Assembly: GCF_020745735.1 (NCBI RefSeq)
Contig: NC_083404.1
Location: forward strand, 94,797,731 to 94,861,730
Length of the DNA: 64,000 bases
Reading direction: 5' to 3'
Source: Hemiscyllium ocellatum
Lineage: Eukaryota
Part shown: piece by piece, positions 38,510 through 50,920 of the stretch
How the letters are laid out: each line of letters begins with the position of its first letter
Numbering within the stretch: the stretch's first letter is position 1
Position numbers and translations under genes: made by a program
Notes under the pieces: model-generated
What the model was told of the DNA's origin: nothing
Seen by the model: the letters and a program-made list of their open reading frames with translations, nothing else
Databases searched by the model: none

Positions 38510-40130
38510 ACAGGAGTGAGAGAGAACCCAAGTAATTTCAGACATGTCAGCTTAGCCTCCGTTGTGGTAATTCTTGGAAAATCCTGTAACACTACTAATT
38601 GTCATTCAGAAAGGCATGCATTAATAAAGGACAATCAGTGTGGAATTATTTGAGGAATTTTGTGATTGACTAGTTTGATTGAAATTTTCAAGGTGATAGT
38701 GAAGAAGGCTATTGAAAGTTGTGAATTTGATGTAACATTTTTGTACGGATTTTGACAAGCTCTCACCTAACTGGTCAGAAAACTGACAACTTATTTTAAA
38801 AACTCCCTTGAATTCGAAGGAAAGTGGCAAGTTGGATCCAAAATGTGCTGTGTCAGGGAGTGACGAGTTAGTGTGGTTTTTTTTTTGACTGGACGACTCT
38901 GTTTTCCACATAGGACTCAGTACTGAACATTTTGCTGCTTTAAACCAATGATTTAGGCTTAAACATAGGGAGTTTGAGAAATTTACACATGACATGAAAA
39001 TTGTGCGATGGCTGTTTTGAGTTGATCAGTTGGATGAAATAGTGATAAATGCATATCAGTCCAGAAAAACAAGTAATTAATCTGGGGATAGCAATCATGG
39101 TAAGTATATGCACAATAAGTAGTAGGATTTTGAGAACAGGGACACTTTGTACTCTTATTCACTCGTATCCCTGATGTTACCAGGACTGTGTTTATTATGG
39201 TCAAAGAAGCATATGCTAATTTGAAAAAATTTAGCTGGGGCCTAAGACTGAGGATAGATTGGTTAGGAAAGTAAATAGAAGAATGAGGAGGTTATGATGG
39301 CACAATGTAAGACATCAGATTCCAGATAGAGTACAATCTACAGTTCTGTTTAACACATTACGAGAACAATGCGATTGGATGAGCGAGGATTCAGAGGAGT
39401 AACTAAGATGTTGCCTGGAATGGAAAATTTTGACACAAAAAATATTGGGTAGGCTTGTTTTCTTTGCCAAGCAGGAGGCTGAGGAGGGATCTATTTTTGT
39501 GTATAAAATTACACTAGCATAGACGGAATGGAGAAGGGGACCTATTTCCATTCACCATGAGTTTAATAGCTTTGATAGGTTTAAGGTAATAGTTGAATAT
39601 ATCCTTTAACTGAAGGGTGGAGTCTTGGACTCACTTCCTTGCAGGATGTTTGGGAGAAATGGTCATTGCATTAAAAATAGACTTGGCTATCCACCTCAGG
39701 TGGTCTGCATTATACAATCATTGAATCCCTACTGTGTGGAAACAGACTCTTCAGCCCAACAAGTCCAGACACAGCCTCCGAAGAGTAACCCATCCAGATC
39801 CATTTCCCTACCCTATATTTACCCCTGTCAAATCACCTAACCTACACATCCCTGAGCTCTATGGGCAATTCAGCGTCATCAATTCACCACATCTCACCTA
39901 ACCTCCCACACTGGATTGTGGGAGGAAACCAGAGCAAATACACACAGATGTGGGGAGAAAGCCGCCTGAGGCTGGAATTGAACCCGGAGTCCCAGCTCTA
40001 TGAGGCAGCAGTGCTAACCACTGAGCCACCATGCCAGTTCAATAGCTGGACTATAATCTGGAAAATTTGAGACTGGCAAGCTCTTTTTGGCCGATGGGAA
40101 CATGATGGGCTGAATGATCATATGTATCAT
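38510..40130 (+). mobile_element. Very old CR1 remnant containing an HE1 copy
   Basis: Degenerate RT and 3' tail sequence. Confidence 0.55.
39717..40034 (-). mobile_element. HE1 V-SINE (internally deleted)
   Basis: GAGGCAGCAGTGCTAACCACTGAGCCACC head and TGTGGAAACAGACTCTTCAGCCCAAC tail on the reverse strand. Confidence 0.88.
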
Positions 40131-41254
40131 AACTGAGATTTGTTTATTTGTTCAAGAAATTTGAAGAATTTCGCTCTGCTTGATGTGAAATTTATGCAAT
40201 GAATCATTAGTAAACCAGTACTATGGATAAAAAGATATGTGAAGTAAGTAAGTGCTTTTGGGTATGATTTTTGGCGTTAATTCTAGTGTTAATTCTACAA
40301 ATATATCAACACTTTCAGAAATCAGCCATATTTAGTAAATGACTTTATTTTATCATTTTACTTTCTAAAAAAGCTATTTTTGCATAACATCAGTTTTTCC
40401 ATTTTACTCTAAATCTGTTATGGACGTAATGGCGAAAATATTTTAATTTAGATCTTTTTAAAAATGTTTCTTTTTTAATCTTTTCAAAATGAGTAGTGTT
40501 TTATTTAATTATAGTCTCTCCTTCTAGATACTTGCTGTGTACCATATAGTGTTCACTGTAGAATTCCATTCTTACAAAATAGATTGCGTGTTGCTTCTTG
40601 TCAAAATTCAGTTGTAAATTTTGTTGAAAATCTTCTGCAAATGAGCTTTACATTTGAAAGTTTTTGTTATCTCAGCGTGAGAGTAAGGTTTAAGTGTTGG
40701 TTTTGATAGATGTTAGGTTAACTGTGCAGTGCTCTTCCCAGCTCCATGAGGTTTGGCAACTTACCAGTCTTAACTAAGTTGCTGTTCTGTGAAAACTTTG
40801 GGAAGTGGGAGACAAAAGTATGCCATTCAGCCCGCTGAGCATAACTGAATTGTTTTTTAAAGTCGTTCATGGAATGTGGATGTTTTAGGCTAGGATAGCA
40901 TTTGTTGCCCACCCCTGACCATGGAAAAGGTAATAATGAAGTGTTTCTCAAACTAATGTAGTCCTTGAAGTATAGGGATATGCCCAGTGCAGTTGGGAAG
41001 GGAGTTTGACCCAGCAATTGAAGCATAATATCATAACATTTGCACCAAGCAAATGCTAGGAAATGACCATCTCCAATGAAAGAAAATCTAACACCACTTC
41101 TTGACAAATTATAGTAATACCATTGCTGACTCACTGGCTATTGACTTTCAAAGAGTTACCTTTGAGTAGAAACTGAGCTGGACTGGCCATATAAGTACTG
41201 TGGCTTCAAGTGTAGGTAAGCAAGGAATACAGCAAGTAAGTAATCTAATCTAAA

Positions 41255-42342
41255 ACTTATGGACTAGGCCAGACCACACAAAACAGCCTTAAGCAGGCAG
41301 CCTAGACCGTAACTTTGCAATTTGTTTTGTAAGTGTACAGTGAAAATTACTCTGAGTAAGTTAGCTAGGTTGAATACCAAGTTTTAAAACAGTCAAAAAT
41401 TTATTCACACAATTACAGAATGAAACACAAAGAACAGAATGTAGAATACCCACAGAACTCGGTTTATCCAAACTAGACTTAATTGTGCTGTTCTGAAAAT
41501 ACACAACAGTCCCAATAAGCAAACCCTTAAACAAGAGTATAAATGAAATCGAGGCTTAGAGGTCAAAGTTAGAAGGGCAGAAGGAGAGAGAGATTAGCAC
41601 CCTGTTTCCACACAGCCTCCTGCTGAATTGGCCTAACTAAAGTTCTGTATTGATTTGCAGAGCTAGAGAGCTGGCCATGCTCCCTTGACTTATACAGGTT
41701 CCTTCTAAAACATAAAAGCTTTGCCCTGAAATACCATGTGTTTACATGTAAACCAAAAGGCCTTTCGTTTCCCTCCTGTCATTCCGTTTCCCTTTCCCTG
41801 TATCAGTTGAAGCAACTGCTCAGAGACAGTTATGGCTTTACCACCTCCATCTTTATTCCAGGCCTTGGAGGGTGATCATTACAATCAGTGAGCATCAACA
41901 GTAAAGATTAAGTCATCTGGCATTATTCAGTGAATATTCTTAACCTTGTTAACTGGTTTCACATAATGAATGCTTTTGACCTGTTAACTGATTTTACATA
42001 ATGAATGCTTTTTCATTTTGTTAAATGGCTTTACATAAGGAATGCTTTTTCACCTCGTCAACCCACTACCCTTGCCTCCAGCAGCTCATTGTTTACTGCA
42101 GGTTCTTAACTGATCCAAGTCATGCTGGCTGAGCCTTTGTTACACAACTCAAAACTTAACTCTTTCCCTACCTGCTCATACCTTTATACACTTTCTCATC
42201 CCAATACCCTTTTCATCTTTGTACCAATCTAGCCAATTCCAAGCCCAGACAGTTTTACGACCCCTCTGGGAAAAAAAAACAAGGACACACTATCCTTGAG
42301 GAAAGGAACAGTTCTTGAGAATAGAGGACCAGCTTTGTGACA
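41255..42342 (-). mobile_element. Probable solo LTR inserted in a LINE-B fragment
   Basis: Ends (c)TTATGGACTAGG...TTTGTGACA, with a minus-strand AATAAA near 41400. LINE-B sequence is continuous on both sides, but the left TG and TSD are not clean. Confidence 0.5.
41948..42055. repeat. Three tandem ~35-bp repeats
   Basis: TGTTAA(C/A)TG.TTT.ACATAA(T/G)GAATGCTTTT repeated three times. Confidence 0.85.
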
Positions 42343-43754
42343 AATTCACCTTCAGGCTCCCTAGATTCTACTCACTGTGACAAGGCAAAAGTCAGCATTA
42401 TGAAGGAATTTTCTCCATTTGCTACTCCAGAATTCTTGGAGAAACTTGATGCAGAACAAAGAAGCCTGCTTGATAGGTACCACATCCACAAACAGTCACT
42501 GTCCATGCTCAGTGGCAACAATGTATATCACCTAAAAGATCCATTGCAGAAGTTCACCAAAGCTCCTTGGACATCCTTTCCCAAACATAAGAGCACTACC
42601 ATTTAGGCTAAGGCATCAAGTTGATGAGAACCTACAGCTTCCCATCTTGCCACTCACCACCCTGATTTCCTGACAACTGGAAATTATATTTGCCTTGAAT
42701 ATCCTTAATTACTGGCCTCTACCATTTGGACTAGACGGCTTCAAAGATGTGCCAACCTCTGAGTGGTGAAATCCCTCCTTATCTCAGTCTGAGTTAGCCT
42801 GAATCTTATTCTGAAACCATGGCTCAACAATGTTAGCTAAGAGAAACATCCATCCTGCATCTACCCTATTAAACCATGGAAAAATTTTGTATTATTCCCT
42901 TTACGGTCCACTTCCCCAGTCTCTCCTTGTAGGAAAATCCTGCTATCTCAAGGATTGTGCAAGGAGCATAGATAAATGCTTGAGCTTCTCTTCTGAATTT
43001 GTGCTACCAGTATTTGAGTATTTATTGAATTCAAACACTTTGCATGCTTTTGGACCTATAACTGTATAGAACTATTTAACTATGTTAAAGGTCTCAAATA
43101 AATAGAAATTGTTGGTTATGCTTTCTCTACCAATTTCTATTAAAGCCACCAGAATTATTAATGAATGGAATCTTTTTTAATGCAGGGTATTTATTCAAAG
43201 CCTGAGGATTGCCAAACTGCACAGGTAGAAGCCAAAAATCCATTTGCTGGTCTAATCAAAGTTTCTTTTTTGGATGCAATGCAGAGATTAGGTAATTGTT
43301 CAATTGGCTTGAAATCGATTGTCGCCAGAATATTTAATAATGAACTATTGAACAATCTAAGTGAACCGACAAGAAGGTTGAAAAGTTTCTTCATTCTGAT
43401 ATGCAGTTCAGTGCAGTGCAACTATGTTGTAAGCCATCTCCATCAAAATACTTAATGTATAAATGTCTGTCTGCTTAGTTTAGTAGTATTGTTCTCGGTT
43501 GAGTCAGCAGCTTATGACTTAGAGATTCACTTTAGATTTGTGTGTGCAATTTTGATTGCTCATCAGTGATGCAATGAAACAGAGCTGCAGTATTTGGAGG
43601 TAGCTGCATCTACCTGCTTAAGTGAAATCTGTATGTTGATTTGTATGCAGTTGGAACACAATACAATACAGTATAAAATAGTCATTTGTTAATACGATAA
43701 AGAGTTTGCATTTCAGATCTTTAAAACTGCTATTAATATACCACTGTAAGGGAT

Positions 43755-43798
43755 CCTGTTCTTAAGTCGGACATTTGTAAATCAAGGACTGCCTGTAA
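43755..43798. mobile_element. Tigger-like DNA transposon terminus
   Basis: GTTCTTAAGTCGGACATTTGTAAATCAAGGACTGCCTG|TA resembles Tigger terminal repeats. Confidence 0.45.
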
Positions 43799-45420
43799 TT
43801 CAGGCAAGTGACACTAGATGAAATGTTTACGCAGAAGACCGTTGGTGGCTATCTCTGGGGTAACAGTTCTGTGATCCATTGGTTTCTATCCCTGCTTTGT
43901 TATTTGTGCTGTCACTGGTAATATCTGGGGACGTGGGATCACCTTCTCCATTGACACTTAGTGACATCTGTCTTCACCTCTCCATTATATTTTTCTCTAT
44001 CTCTGGGCTGTTGCACTACTAGCCTGATATTGTGTTGGATAAGCCAAAATTTCTTCCATTATGGCTTTAGGGAAACTGAAACTATGTTCTTTGGTTCCTG
44101 CCACAGATTAGTTTTTCCAACTGTTCTGTCACCTTCCCTTTCCACTATTTTAACTCTTTACGTGTGCCTTTATCATTTCTTGTGAGGATCACCCTTGTCC
44201 AGCGATTCTCATACTGCAGACTCCTGGAAGATGTGATCTACAATCCTATAAATGAACTATCTGGAACTCAGGCCATTTTTATCAGCTGCCTTTCTTCCCT
44301 TGGGGTTTATTGGGGAAAGATTCTAGGAGTTAGAAGCTTACTTTCAGAATTCAAAGGTCATTGACTTTAAGTTTACATCATACATTAGGCTTGAGTAATT
44401 TTGTCTATTTTTGGACTGATGCATTGTGGATTCAAGTACAAAAGAATGAGTTGTGAAACTCGTGGGTGCTATTGTTATATCCTATAGGTGTTCTCTATAC
44501 ACTTAAGCTTGGCACAGAGCTGTTCTTTAAAAGTGCTGTCTGGATTGCTTGGAAACATTTGTATTCTGAGGGAAATATAAAAGCTGGTTTGTAGTCTTGT
44601 ACTATTTAGTATTAATCACCCAAGGAGTCAAACATGTCGGCATTCAAATACATATGCGCAATTATAACTTGACTAAGTATAGGCTGCAGTGAGTATGTAG
44701 CTGATCTGCATACCCATGTGAATGAGTGTGGAAATAGAAATTAAAATTCTGACTGGATTCTAGAAATATCTGCAGAGATTACAGTTGTGAAGGGATTGCT
44801 AAATTGTAATTTTACAGTTATTATATAGTTTCAATGCTTAGTCTCTTGTGTTGAAAATAAATAGTTTCTTCCCACGATATCATCACCGTCATAAGCTCCT
44901 GGAATTTTACAATTAACTATTATGACATTGCACTTGTGGAGCTGTTTGATGTATTTGGGGAAAAAGCACTTACTGAATTCTTTATTCCAGTAAGTGTGGA
45001 AATCTAAAAGGTTTTGGCAGCCTACCAGAACTTCTGTAGCTCCTTATTTTTGTAGCCATTTTCTGAATCTTAGAGTTTAAAAACAAAACTGCTGAACTTG
45101 CTTGCATTTTCTTTTTTGTTCTCGCAGCATTTCTTATAGTATCAAATCATTATGCGTTTTTGAATAGGCTTGTTAGGAGCCAGTTTTGTCTTGTTCTGTT
45201 TTCCTGTCTACTACCATGCTTTTCCCCTGACACTTTTTGTTTTGGGAAGAAAATGCTGCTTCCCCCAAATTGACAGAAGCTTTAAAGATAATCAGACAAA
45301 CAATGAATATTTCAACAAAATTACTTGGCATACAGCCAGTGAAAAGTGTTAATTTATTGGCCTTGAAATCTATATCCAATACAATAAACCTAAAATCCTA
45401 CTTGGTCTTGAAATCTAAAT

Positions 45421-45647
45421 CTGAAAATGTGTTGCTGGTTAAAGCGCAGCAGGTCAGGCAGCATCCAAGGAACAGGAAATTTGACGTTTCGGGCGTAAGC
45501 CCTTCGTCAGGAATTCTGATTCCTGATGAAGGGCTTATGCCCGAAACGTCGAATTTCCTGTTACTTGGATGCTGCCTGACCTGCTGAGCTTTAACCAGCA
45601 ACACATTTTCAGCTCTGATCTCCAGCATCTGCAGACCTCACTTTTTA
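45421..45647. mobile_element. Fold-back PLE family A mini-element with two opposed hammerhead motifs
   Basis: Arms 45421-45514 and 45519-45612 are near-perfect reverse complements. Direct repeat CTTGAAATCTAAAT(C) at 45407-45421 and 45648-45662. Confidence 0.92.
45519..45554 (+). ncRNA. Minimal type I hammerhead ribozyme motif (intact core; predicted cleavage after C45550)
   Basis: ATTC-CTGATGA-A-GGGC TTAT GCCC-GAAACGTC^GAAT, in which stem I ATTC/GAAT and stem II GGGC/GCCC pair fully. Confidence 0.75.
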
Positions 45648-46809
45648 CTTGAAATCTAAATCCAATACAACAAACCTAGAATTCCACAGATTGCTCAGTT
45701 CACTTTTAAAAGTACATTATGAAGAAACTGCATATTCAGGATTCAACATTCATTCTCTCTCTCTCCAGATATTGTCAGACCTGCTGAGTATCTCTGGCAC
45801 TGAGTTTTGAATGTTTTGCACTGAATCACTTTGTCTAAACATTCATAAAAAATTATATGAACGAAATGATTTTATTGAGAATATTCTATTTCATGCAGAA
45901 GAAATTGAGTTTTCCTAGTTGAACTACTTGTAGAATATCACCCTCTCTCCCTTCTTGTAGTATCCTTAGTTTCAGAAGATTGCTGATAATAGCTGTCCAC
46001 GCAACTCTGCTTCTTGCCTAATTTGATGTTATGGTAGTAGCAGCAAGAACCAAGAACTGCCTCAGGTGTAGGAACTGAATTTGCATCACCTATTTATTTA
46101 ACACTATACTTTCAGCAACTAAGTTAACTGGCCCCTACTATACAATACAAATTATAGAGAGTTTGGATATTTTCCCATGGTCCTGCATAAGAGAATGCGT
46201 GCAGGATAATTAAAATGAGAAAACTTATCGAACCAATTTACTGCGATCATTCAGAAAGATCTGAAATTCCTCCTCTAATATATGCTGTTAAGTTTCTTGG
46301 GTTGCTTTGCCCATTATGTCTGAAAATTGATTTTAAATTCTGCATATTTGTATAAGAAATGATTTTCTATTGTTTCCACAGTTGAATTACAGTTGGTTTG
46401 AGTCTGTGTGCAGTATTTCAAAGTACACAAATTAATTTAACATTATACTTTTCTTTTGACTATCTGGTTTATCTCTAGAACCACAAAACAAACTTTCTTA
46501 AATTTCAGATTTTGAACTAGAAGTGTCAGCCTTGTATGCCTTCCTTGAATTTCTTTTTGATTTTAGGTGACGACACTGAATAGGTGTGAAAGGTGATAGA
46601 AAACTAAGAAGAAAACACAACATCCTTTTGATTTGTTTCTGCTGTTTAAATTTAATGTCCTAATAGCTTAATTGTGTTGGACATTATGAACTTTTTTTTA
46701 TTTGAGTCAAAATTTGCCACATGCAATTATTCAGAATTGCATCAGATAGCATAGACATTTTGTGAGGTAGTAGGAACCAGCTATTTCTGAACATATTCTT
46801 GAAATTGAT

Positions 46810-47119
46810 ATGATGGCTCAGTGGTTAGCACTGTTGCCCCACAGCACCAGGCTCCCAGGTTCAATTCCAGCCTCTGGTATCTGTCTGTGTGGAGTTTGCA
46901 CATTCTTTTGGTGTCTGTGTGGGTTTCCTCTATTTTCCTCCCACAATCCAAAGATGTGCAGGTCAGTGTATTTGCCACGCTAAATTGCCCATAGTGTTAG
47001 GTGCATTAGTCAGAGGGAAATGGGTCTGGGTGAGTTAGTCTTCGCAGGGACGGTGTGGACTTGTTGGGCGGAAGAGCCTGTTTCCACACTGTAGGGAATC
47101 TAATAAAAATCTAATCTAG
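46810..47119 (+). mobile_element. HE1 V-SINE
   Basis: TGGCTCAGTGGTTAGCACTG...GGTTCAATTCC...GGAGTTTGCACATTC...GCCTGTTTCCACACTGTAGGGAATCTAA. Confidence 0.92.
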
Positions 47120-47207
47120 TATTAAAAAAATCAATGAAATTACTCCAACAAAAAGCTAAAGTAAGTATTTTGGATACTGAATTCCATCCAATTGAGATTA
47201 AATTGTC

Positions 47208-47640
47208 AGCCATGGCTTAGTTGGTAGTGCTTTTGTCGCCATGTCAGTAGGTTGTTGGTTCAGGTCCTACTCCAAAGGTGAGCAGAGAAATTGAGACTAA
47301 CTGTCCAGTACAATACTGAAGGAGTACTGCGTTCTTGGCAAAGTGTCTTTCAGACGAGATGTTAAGCAAAAGTCCTATCTGCTTTCTCGGATCAAATGCC
47401 TTAATAGAAGACTAGCAGGGGGTTATTGATGGTATACTAGCCAACATTTATACTTCAATTTGCAACACAAAAACATTATCTGATCATGATCACATGCTGT
47501 TTGTGGAGCTGTTGTGTACAGCTCAGCTGCCACGCTACCTATGTTAGAGGTATGGCTATAATTCAAAAGTATTTAATTGGCTGTAAAGTGCTTTGGGACT
47601 TCAGAAGGTTGTGAAAGGTGCGTTATAAACACAGTCTTGT
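47208..47640 (+). mobile_element. Deu-domain SINE (SacSINE1/AmnSINE1-related), near full length
   Basis: tRNA-like head TGGCTTAGTTGGTAG...GGTTCAGGTCC, Deu-like core CAGTACAATACTGAAGGAGTACTGC...GTCTTTCAGACGAGATGTTAA, and tail GGCTGTAAAGTGCTTTGGGAC...GTGAAAGGTGCGTTATAAA. Weaker relatives at ~11850, 29740, 43480 and 48100-48290. Confidence 0.75.
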
Positions 47641-48319
47641 TTTCTGATTTACTGTTTTAGCATGTTGCTTGTGACATGATATTCTTTACTTCTATAAGTA
47701 TCAACTCTGCTTGGTACCTTAAGCTTTTCCATAGTTCACATGCAGATTGTGTTTTTGGCTTCATATTGATTCAAACTATTTGTAATTTAGATGGCGTTGT
47801 CCAACCACTTGACAAAAGCAAGTTTGGGCTTTACAATATAGCTCAAGCTCGTGCAAAAAGTGTTTAAAAGCTGCTGCATAGCAGCAATTAGATCCTCATT
47901 TAATAAAGCTCTGAGGACTTGTGAAAACATTTATACACTGAGAATTCTGTTTCTTTGAATAGAGATTGATTCAGATCCCTTATTGAAGCCCATGTTGCTG
48001 AATCTGTTTTGGTCTAGTCTGGTACCATTAGCAGACCAATGTGTTGTTTAAAGAAATGCATATGTTTATTTTAAGATCAGTTGATTTTATTTTTGGTATT
48101 ATTAATTGAGAGAAAAGATTGGCCATTGGAGCAGGAGGAAATTTTGATCATAAAATAGTGTCCTAAAATTGTTGAGCAATCACTTCAAGCAGCAGTATAG
48201 TGAATTGGGCCTTAGTTGAGCATCTTATTAAAAAGATGATACTTTGAACATTGCAATATTCCCTCAGTACTGCACCTGAGCTTAACATACATTAGACAAT
48301 TTGTTCTTGGAGTGAACCT

Positions 48320-50920
48320 TGAGGTATTTAAAGCTGTTAATAAGGAGGAGGTACTGAGTAAGCTATGGGTTCTTAGAGTTCACAATGCACTTGAACTAAC
48401 TGAGATACATCCAAGAATATTTAAGAAAATGAGAGTGAAGATTGCAGAGGCACTAACCATAATCTTCCTTGGACATAGACAGTTCTAAAAACCTCGTTCA
48501 AAAAAGTTGTAAGGAAAAATCCAGCAATTGCAGACCAGTCAATTTAACTTCAGTGTTGGGGTAACATCTAGAAACAAATTTATGATAGAATTAATAGCCA
48601 CATATGCAAGTGTAGGTTAATTAGGGGAATAAATATGGATTTCCTAAAGGAAAATCATGTTCAAATAACTTGGAGTTATGTGAAGAGATAGAGGGGGTTG
48701 ATAATAAAAAAATCTCTCAAAGTTATAGTCCAACAGGTTTGTTTGGAAGTACTAGCTTTTGGAGTGCTGCTCCTTCATCAGGAGCTAGTGGAGTAGGATC
48801 ACGACAGACAGACAGAATTTATAGCACAAGATAATGTTATACAACTTACACAGGTGTGCACCATCCTCTATCCAAAATGCTCAGGACCAGCTGGTTTTTG
48901 GCATTTTGGAATTTTTTGAATTTCGGATTAAGAAAAGAGTTTAATAGTGAAATTTAAAAACAATTACTGAACAGCAGACTGGCCCTGAGACCGAATTGAG
49001 GCCTATCAATGCAGGGCCACCACTGCGCCCCTGTAGTGTGACATGAACCCCAGGTCCTGATTAAGGCTATTCTCATGGGTTCTGGCAATTGCTGGAATGA
49101 ATGGACACTGCGCAATAATCACCAGACATGGGTGTTCCTCCCAGTTGGGGAACACTTCAGTAGTCAGGGCCATTCTCCCTCAATCTTCGTGTTACCATCG
49201 TGGGATATGTAACAACGCAGAATGGCAGAGCAGAGGCTGATAGCCTAGTTCGATACCCATGAGGATGGCTTCAACCAGGACCTTGGGTTCATGTCATGCT
49301 ACAGGTGACCCCACGACACTATACACTCACACATATGCGCGCATATGCATACACCTTCAAGTACTCACACTCACACAGACCCCCTCTCCTACGCACACTG
49401 TCTCAAATGCAAGCACATACACCTCCTACACTCTCATGTGCACACTCTCTCACAGGCTGTTACACTTGCGCGCACACGCACGAACCCACACACTCACTCA
49501 TGCGGTGTCTCCCTCACATGTATTCATACATTAGTCTATGGGATGTATTTGCATTTGCAGATCAATTCTATGTTCAAAAAGCGCACAATCTGCAGGCAGT
49601 TAATACAGCCGGAACATTTTATAAATTTCTACTTTGGAAATAGAGCCAGTCTGACTCAAGATTAGAATATAGATTCTAACGTCACACCTTTAATGCATTG
49701 TCTGAGCTGAGATGTCACCTTTTTTAATCAAACCTTAAGTTATCTTGAGAATATGATTTGAAAGTAGTTCTGGGATTTACATATTAATAAATAGAAACCT
49801 GCAACTCATCTGAAAAATGAAAGATTTAACAGCAATCTAGGTTTGTTCGATATATTGTATCAGTTGCATGACACAATGATCTTGTGCTATAAATTCTATC
49901 TGTTATGATCCTGCCCCACTAGCTATCTAATGAAGGAGCAGCTCTCCGAAAGCTATGCTTCCAAGTATACCTATTGGACTATAACCTGGTGTTGTGATTT
50001 TTAACTTTGTCCACCCCAGTCCAACACCGGCACCTCCTCATCAAGGATAATGACTTATGTGGACTTATATTTAAAAAAAAATCAATGCAGTGCTGCAAAA
50101 TAGACGAGAAAAGTTCAAACTCATGGAATAAAAGGAGACAGTAACAACATGGAAGCAAAATTTGGCTGAGTGATGAGAAACAGCATAATGATCAATGGAT
50201 TTTTTTTGGTGGGAGGAAGATTTTTTTGTGACATTTCTCAGGGTTTGGTATTGGGACTCTTGTTTTATATGACTTTGATTTATATTAATAATCTAGGTCT
50301 TGGAGCATAAAGTTTAGTTTCAAAGTTTGTGGCTAATACAAAGTTTGGAAGCATTATAAACAGTTTAGAACTTCAAAAGGACATAGAGAAGTTTGTAGAT
50401 TGAGAGGATAGGTGGGAAATGAACTTCGGTACGGAGAAGGCTAAGTAATTTTGGTAGGATTGGCAATATAAATATGGGTACATCTCCAAAGAACAGGAAC
50501 AGAGACTGGGCATTTATGTGCATTAAAAAAATTGGAAGTTGCAACGGAAGTGGAGAGCAGAGTTAGTAAAGCATACAGTATCTTAGGATTTATTAATAGT
50601 GGCATAGAGTATAAGAGCGGGTAAGTTGTGTAAGATGCTAGTAACAACCTCATCTGGAGTATTGTCTACAGTTCTCAGCACCATACTTCAGAAAGGCATT
50701 GAGGCTTTGGAGAGAGTAGAAGAGGTTTGCAAGCATGTTTTGGGGTTGAGAAGCCTTAATTGCAAAGGTAAATTGTAGAAGGTCAGACTGTTTACCTTTT
50801 GAAGAGAATGTTACATGGAGATTTTGAAGCTTTCAAAATTGAGGCGTCTTGAAGAGTGGGCACTTGTAAAAGGGTCGTGAATGGGAGAGCACAGATTTAA
50901 AAAGGTCTGCAAAAGAAATG
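48320..50920 (+). mobile_element. Old CR1 RT interrupted by the PLE at 48705-50043
   Basis: Degenerate IHPRI, RPVNLTSV and KFVANTK motifs on both sides of the PLE. Confidence 0.65.
48705..50043. mobile_element. Penelope-like family C element with short inverted 5' repeat, GIY-YIG remnant and CA-rich tract; contains a Tigger/MER46-like end at ~48851-48930
   Basis: 48720-48845 is the reverse complement of ~49860-49990. The element ends CCCCAGTCCAACACCGGCACCTCC. Confidence 0.8.

Noticed and set aside
43165-43455. 96-aa ORF or exon after TTTTTTAATGCAG
   Set aside because: No recognisable protein similarity and ambiguous donors, so it cannot be supported without RNA data.
45237-45628. Mirror-image ORFs encoding near-identical peptides on both strands
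   Set aside because: This is a direct consequence of the fold-back element.
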